From an uncultured virus (IMG/VR IMGVR_UViG_3300042691_034547) (Duplodnaviria > Heunggongvirae > Uroviricota > Caudoviricetes): 20,000 nt of DNA. The notes below the pieces were generated by a model, which was not told where the DNA came from, did not search any database, and was given only the letters and a program-made list of their open reading frames with translations. The DNA lies in the IMG/VR virus record IMGVR_UViG_3300042691_034547, one strand, 5' to 3'. The translations under genes were made by a program, and so were the position numbers. How positions within the stretch are numbered: position 1 is the first letter of the stretch; every line of letters starts with the position of its first letter. Positions 17,102-20,000 of this stretch are shown here, piece after piece.

Positions 17102-17545
17102 TTAGTCCTTATCCCAGTCTGTGTCAACTGGCTTCTCTTCTGGCATTGCGCCATCTGGTTTATTTGCAAGTCGTGCACGAACTGCATCAGCTTCAACATC
17201 TGCTTTAAGTTCTGCAATCTCTAACTCTGATTCAAGCTTCTTATCTGCCTGAGTGTTCTTTGCATCCATTTCTTTATTATCAAGCTGTGCTTTCATAATA
17301 TCCTTAGCACCAGATTGACCAATCAAGATACCTGCAAGTGTTCCTGTAATAAATGTTGCAATGCTACCCAACACATTGAAAAACATTTTATCGTTTTCAG
17401 ACTGTGCGCCAACTGGTTGTGTTACGAACAAAAGTCCGTACAAAATTCCAATTGCTGTAAAAAGTAGAATTAACCCTAGAATAATTCCTAGAGTAAATTT
17501 TAAGCGTGAATCTAGTTCCGCTGGTGAATATCGTTCTCTAGCCAT
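17102..17545 (-). CDS. Two-TM membrane protein with coiled-coil tail (holin-like candidate)
   Basis: Start ATG 17545 with AAGGA RBS. TMs FTLGIILGLILLFTAIGILYGLLFV and FFNVLGSIATFITGTLAGILIG. Lies immediately upstream of the lysin. Confidence 0.6.
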   Translation of the reverse strand: MARERYSPAELDSRLKFTLGIILGLILLFTAIGILYGLLFVTQPVGAQSENDKMFFNVLGSIATFITGTLAGILIGQSGAKDIMKAQLDNKEMDAKNTQADKKLESELEIAELKADVEADAVRARLANKPDGAMPEEKPVDTDWDKD

Positions 17546-17786
17546 TGTTTGTTCCTTCTCCTGTAACGGTCTCTCCGTCACTTGAAGTTCCGTTAAAGAC
17601 ATCTTCTCCGACCAAGTCTACTGGACAATAGCCATTGACTTCGCAAACGGGAGGCTTGCATTCTGCTGTTTCCCAATTAGCTGGGTCTTGGCAAGGATAG
17701 CGATAACGCCCATCTCCTAGGCTGCATCCTGTCAAAACCAAAGCAAGCATAGAAGCTACAAAAATGCTTCCAACTTTCTTTACCAT
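17538..17786 (-). CDS. Small Cys-rich lipoprotein
   Basis: Signal peptide with lipobox LTG-C. Mature part RYRYPCQDPANWETAECKPPVCEVNGYCP. Confidence 0.7.
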   Translation of the reverse strand: MVKKVGSIFVASMLALVLTGCSLGDGRYRYPCQDPANWETAECKPPVCEVNGYCPVDLVGEDVFNGTSSDGETVTGEGTNNG

Positions 17787-17789
17787 GTG

Positions 17790-17879
17790 TCCTCTTCCTT
17801 CTTAAAGGGGACAACACCAAACACAAGGCAATTAAGCCAGACGGGTTTTGATGCTGTCCCCTACAATTTTAAGAGAGGA
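17790..17879 (-). promoter_or_regulatory. Structured 5' leader (long hairpin) with embedded TAAAAT -10 upstream of the lysis cassette
   Basis: Minus-strand AGGGGACAGCAUCAAA pairs with UUUGGUGUUGUCCCCU (16 bp, 2 G-U). An outer arm can pair with the RBS region. Confidence 0.6.
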
Positions 17880-17897
17880 TATAAACTTCTTAAAGTA

Positions 17898-18137
17898 TTA
17901 TTGCTGTACAGGAAAGTTCTCTGCGTCGTCTTTCCAAAGATCGTCGTAGAGAGTTGCTGGGACTCTGTGACCTGCCTCTTCATGAAGCTTGAGGTGGTCA
18001 ACCATATCTTGAGTCTTAAAGGCGCAAAAGCCTGTCTGCTCCATGCGTTCATCTAGCCAGCAAGCGCAGCAATAGAGGTAGTTGTTGACATGCATGAATA
18101 CATAAACATCTGCATCTAGAAAGCGTGAGTAAGCCAT
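17898..18137 (-). CDS. Hypothetical protein with C2H2-like zinc motif
   Basis: YCCAC...MVDHLKLHEEAGH. Leaderless start (TAGAAT 6 nt upstream). Confidence 0.65.
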   Translation of the reverse strand: MAYSRFLDADVYVFMHVNNYLYCCACWLDERMEQTGFCAFKTQDMVDHLKLHEEAGHRVPATLYDDLWKDDAENFPVQQ

Positions 18138-18146
18138 AAATTGATT

Positions 18147-18281
18147 CTACTCCTTATGTCCAAGAATTGATAGTACCTGAAAGATCTCTTGGAGGGAAAG
18201 ATTGTTGAGAATTTCTTGGCGTTTTTCTGGATTTCTTTCTCGAATTATCTGCTCTGCTATTTCGGAGATGGAGAGTTCCAT
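18147..18281 (-). CDS. 44-aa helical hypothetical protein
   Basis: Restarted at ATG 18281 (MELSISEIAEQIIRERNPEKR...), with TACAAT 6 nt upstream. The longer track ORF merely reads through the repeat. Confidence 0.55.
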   Translation of the reverse strand: MELSISEIAEQIIRERNPEKRQEILNNLSLQEIFQVLSILGHKE

Positions 18282-18299
18282 ATCTTTATTGTATTTCAA

Positions 18300-18381
18300 T
18301 TTTCCGGGCTCTCTTTCCGATAGAGGAGGGAGAGTCGGATCTGGGTGGGGGTTTGTGTGTTTTGTGGGGTCGTGTGTTTGG
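18300..18381 (+). repeat. Dispersed hairpin + G/T-tract element, copy 3
   Basis: Core TCCGGGCTCTCTTTCCG at 18303-18319 pairs with GGAGGGAGAGTCGGA. G/T-rich tract follows. Confidence 0.75.
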
Positions 18382-18402
18382 AAAGGGGATAAAGTAGAGG
18401 GT

Positions 18403-18681
18403 ATGAGCGAAGAAGAAAACTCTAACGACGAGAATAGCCTTGAGCACTTAGAGTTTGACAGTGCCACTCCTTTGGAACAGGACGCAGCTCAAATGCATGA
18501 GATGTTTCAAGCTTTGTGCAAAGTAGGGTTTACTGAGCGTCAGTCTCTACAATTGGTAGCTTTTTTGATGACTGAAGCTAGTGAAGATGGCGCAGTCAAT
18601 TTATTCTTTGACGAAACCTTCTTGAAAAGAATGCACGATGGTTTTCCAGATGAGGAAGAGGATGACGGACAGAACTCCTGA
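18403..18681 (+). CDS. Acidic hypothetical phage protein
   Basis: Start ATG 18403 (TAAAGT 7 nt upstream). TPLEQDAAQMHEMFQAL..VGFTERQSL. Confidence 0.65.
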   Translation: MSEEENSNDENSLEHLEFDSATPLEQDAAQMHEMFQALCKVGFTERQSLQLVAFLMTEASEDGAVNLFFDETFLKRMHDGFPDEEEDDGQNS

Positions 18682-18937
18682 AGAGGAAGCTTTTGTAGGA
18701 ATGCTCTTGGATTTTGGAGCACTATACATAGGTGGAGTCGATGAAGATGGCAATGAGCTTTACTTCATGGATGCAAAAATAATGAAAGAAGTTTGTCGTC
18801 CGTTTTACGATATGTGGATGGCAGATATAGATAAGGGATTGTTGGAGCTTTACGAACTTGGTTTGTTAGATGTTACCTACAACGAACAGTTGCAACCAAG
18901 ATTTAGCGTTAGAACTGAGCCTAGAGAAGATTTTTAG
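18662..18937 (+). CDS. Hypothetical phage protein (possibly winged-helix-like)
   Basis: Start ATG 18662 with GAGG RBS, overlapping the upstream gene. GALYIGGVDEDG...LLELYELGLLDV. Confidence 0.6.
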   Translation: MTDRTPEEEAFVGMLLDFGALYIGGVDEDGNELYFMDAKIMKEVCRPFYDMWMADIDKGLLELYELGLLDVTYNEQLQPRFSVRTEPREDF

Positions 18938-18948
18938 AGTACTTTAAT

Positions 18949-19080
18949 TTACTCGTTTTCTTTTGGAACAAGCTTATCTAGTTCTTCCCAGAGGTTTTTG
19001 ATATCTAGTTGATCTAAGTGGTCTTTGTAGTTCTGTGCTTCTTCTATAACTTTAGGATCTAATCTTTTATCTTTACTCAT
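18949..19080 (-). CDS. 43-aa hypothetical protein
   Basis: MSKDKRLDPKVIEEAQNYKDHLDQLDIKNLWEELDKLVPKENE. Starts 6 bp after the upstream stop and fills the gap. Confidence 0.5.
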   Translation of the reverse strand: MSKDKRLDPKVIEEAQNYKDHLDQLDIKNLWEELDKLVPKENE

Positions 19081-19086
19081 CTATTT

Positions 19087-20000
19087 TTAGAGGAGATCAA
19101 ACCAAGAAATAGCACCGACAACAGATCCTGTTGAAGCAAGTGTTTTAACTGCTACAACATAGACATCACTTACTGGGCCACCTACTGCAGAGGGATTAGT
19201 TCTTCCTAGCTGAAGAGCAAAGTTTGCAATACCACTTACATCAAGCCCTACAGCCGAGCTTTTTCCAGAGTTACCTGGTCCAGAGCCGCCAGCCATGTAG
19301 TACTCGCCTACTACAGTTCCACCATCCATTGCAGTAGCTGAATTATTGTACTCAACATTTTGGTTAGAGTGAGTAGACCAAGTCCCTCCTGTAACTGAGG
19401 TTGGGTTTTTTATAAGGGCAACAACAAAGTTTTGATCTGTTGTTGGAAGTGCAGCAAAGTTAGCTGGGACAATCACAGAGTCTTCTCGACCAGAAGCCAT
19501 TCTTATGGCAACAATTGGGTAAAAAGTTGTTCCAACAGATACAGCTGTATCACGGGCTGCTGTCCATGAGGTTGATTGTTTTTGGTATCCGCCATTAGAT
19601 ATAACTGAAATACAGATTTGCTTAAGAGTGCTAGCTGAGGCAGTTACTCCAATGTTTTCTATTTCGTATCTACATGGTAGGGATGCAGTAGTCATATAAA
19701 CACGATCAATATGATTTGCGTGGTTGAACTGATGAACTGGGATAAAATACCCATCAATAGCAAAACCCATACGAACAGCGCCAACGCCAAGCCACTCTAT
19801 TTCTGTAAAAAGAATTTGAGCTTTGCTTAGGTCTAAAGTCATATCGCTTGGACCGTTTCCATCAAGGGTGTCTATGTTCCATTGAGACTGAGGGATTCGT
19901 GTTTCAACGATCTGACCTGTGGTGAAATCCCTTTTTACTAGATTGACAACTGTTCCATCAAGCTCTAAGTAAAATCCATTTTGTATAGAAAAATATCCTG
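19087..20000 (-). CDS. Probable virion structural protein (5' end outside the window)
   Basis: Frame stays open past 19842 to the window end: GYFSIQNGFYLELDG...QSQWNIDTLDGNGPSDMTLDLSKAQI...EWLGVGAVRMGF. Beta-rich pattern recalled from aquatic phage proteins. Confidence 0.6.
   Translation of the reverse strand, partial: GYFSIQNGFYLELDGTVVNLVKRDFTTGQIVETRIPQSQWNIDTLDGNGPSDMTLDLSKAQILFTEIEWLGVGAVRMGFAIDGYFIPVHQFNHANHIDRVYMTTASLPCRYEIENIGVTASASTLKQICISVISNGGYQKQSTSWTAARDTAVSVGTTFYPIVAIRMASGREDSVIVPANFAALPTTDQNFVVALIKNPTSVTGGTWSTHSNQNVEYNNSATAMDGGTVVGEYYMAGGSGPGNSGKSSAVGLDVSGIANFALQLGRTNPSAVGGPVSDVYVVAVKTLASTGSVVGAISWFDLL

Noticed and set aside
18202..18467. N-terminal extensions of track ORFs 18147..18467 and 18202..18681
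   Set aside because: They translate repeat copy 3. Leaderless starts at 18281 and 18403 fit better.

Overview
A gene-dense, roughly 40% GC segment of a large tailed dsDNA phage. The host is most likely a low-GC freshwater actinobacterium, inferred from the gene content, leaderless promoters and GACACGCC motifs. Recognisable genes: a partial metallophosphoesterase, a Prim-Pol/D5-type primase-helicase, terminase large subunit, a 1168-aa secreted PA14-domain stalk protein coupled to a small 2-TM partner, a serine recombinase, ThyX, a run of tiny Cys-rich ORFs, an XapX-like protein, an HNH endonuclease, a possible PD-(D/E)xK nuclease, two tRNAs (CAT and TCT anticodons), an HslV/proteasome-beta-like protease, thioredoxin, thermonuclease, a lipoprotein/membrane protein/CHAP lysin cassette and a partial virion-type protein. 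The most notable unexplained signal is a three-copy dispersed non-coding element (17-nt core, hairpin with compensatory changes, G/T-rich tail) at strand-switch points. A possible T4 gene e-like RBS-occluding hairpin ahead of the lysis cassette is the second. All calls come from manual reading, and no searches or folding programs were run.
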